From positions 42,931,925 to 42,995,924 of the forward strand of contig NC_057719.1 in the NCBI RefSeq assembly GCF_004010195.1: 64,000 nucleotides of DNA. The letters are read 5' to 3'. This stretch comes from Chiloscyllium plagiosum. Its lineage: Eukaryota. The notes below the pieces were generated by a model. The model had not been told where the DNA came from and did no database searches. It saw only the letters and a program-made list of their open reading frames with translations. Shown here piece by piece: positions 63,571 to 64,000 of this stretch (positions within the stretch are counted from its first letter, which is position 1; the number at the start of each line of letters is the position of its first letter). Made by a program: the position numbers and the translations under genes.

Positions 63571-64000
63571 TAATTCTATCTGCCAAAGATAAAGTTCATC
63601 CAGTATCAAGGTCCTTGCATTCAATTACACACAACAAACTGAGGAAATTCAATAGTTATTTCTGTTAATGTGCAACACTGGAAAGGAAGTGAAAAGTAAA
63701 AACAGCAAGCTACTGAAGGATTTTAATTTATAGCTTGTTTCCAAGACCATGTTTTAAAATCAAACATCTCCAGTACAGGTTAAAATTGCATCTCTTTTAG
63801 CTACTTTTATCATGCAGACAATCCTCTTTGATATTTCTAACATCCCATAATTGATGGGATTAATCATATACAAACAGTGGCTCAGGTAGTTGACACTGAT
63901 ACCTCACAGCACCAAAGACTTGGTTCAATTCCAGCCTGGGGCGATTGTGCAAACTCTACACAGACATTCTCCCTGTTGCTCTGTGGGTTTACTCCAGGTG

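Overview
Vertebrate genomic DNA, very probably from a cartilaginous fish. This is inferred from HE1-type V-SINEs, HER1/CR1-type LINEs and abundant Penelope-like elements (PLEs). No intact host protein-coding gene is recognisable. Most of the window is decayed, often nested transposons: CR1 LINEs (one near full-length at ~51.5-55.3 kb), at least three PLE families whose terminal repeats carry minimal hammerhead-ribozyme motifs, PIF/Harbinger relics, a Rex/Babar fragment, SINEs and Tx1-like LINE 3' ends. Three things stand out. (1) A repeat-free, partly CpG-retaining island (~37.3-45.2 kb) holds a 7-exon minus-strand gene relic (38253-42634) with GT-AG introns and several stops/frameshifts; its hand-reconstructed protein shows possible remote, colinear resemblance to the SHCBP1/Nessun dorma N-terminal region. 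(2) Short palindromic insertions derived from PLE termini carry hammerhead cores and 12-17 bp target-site duplications. (3) A ~7.3 kb pile-up of poly(A)-tailed elements (55.4-62.65 kb) repeatedly uses one motif (ACTCCTGTT), which lies in the loop of a small hairpin of another repeat. There are two assembly gaps. All translations and family calls were made by eye, without database searches; repeat boundaries are approximate.
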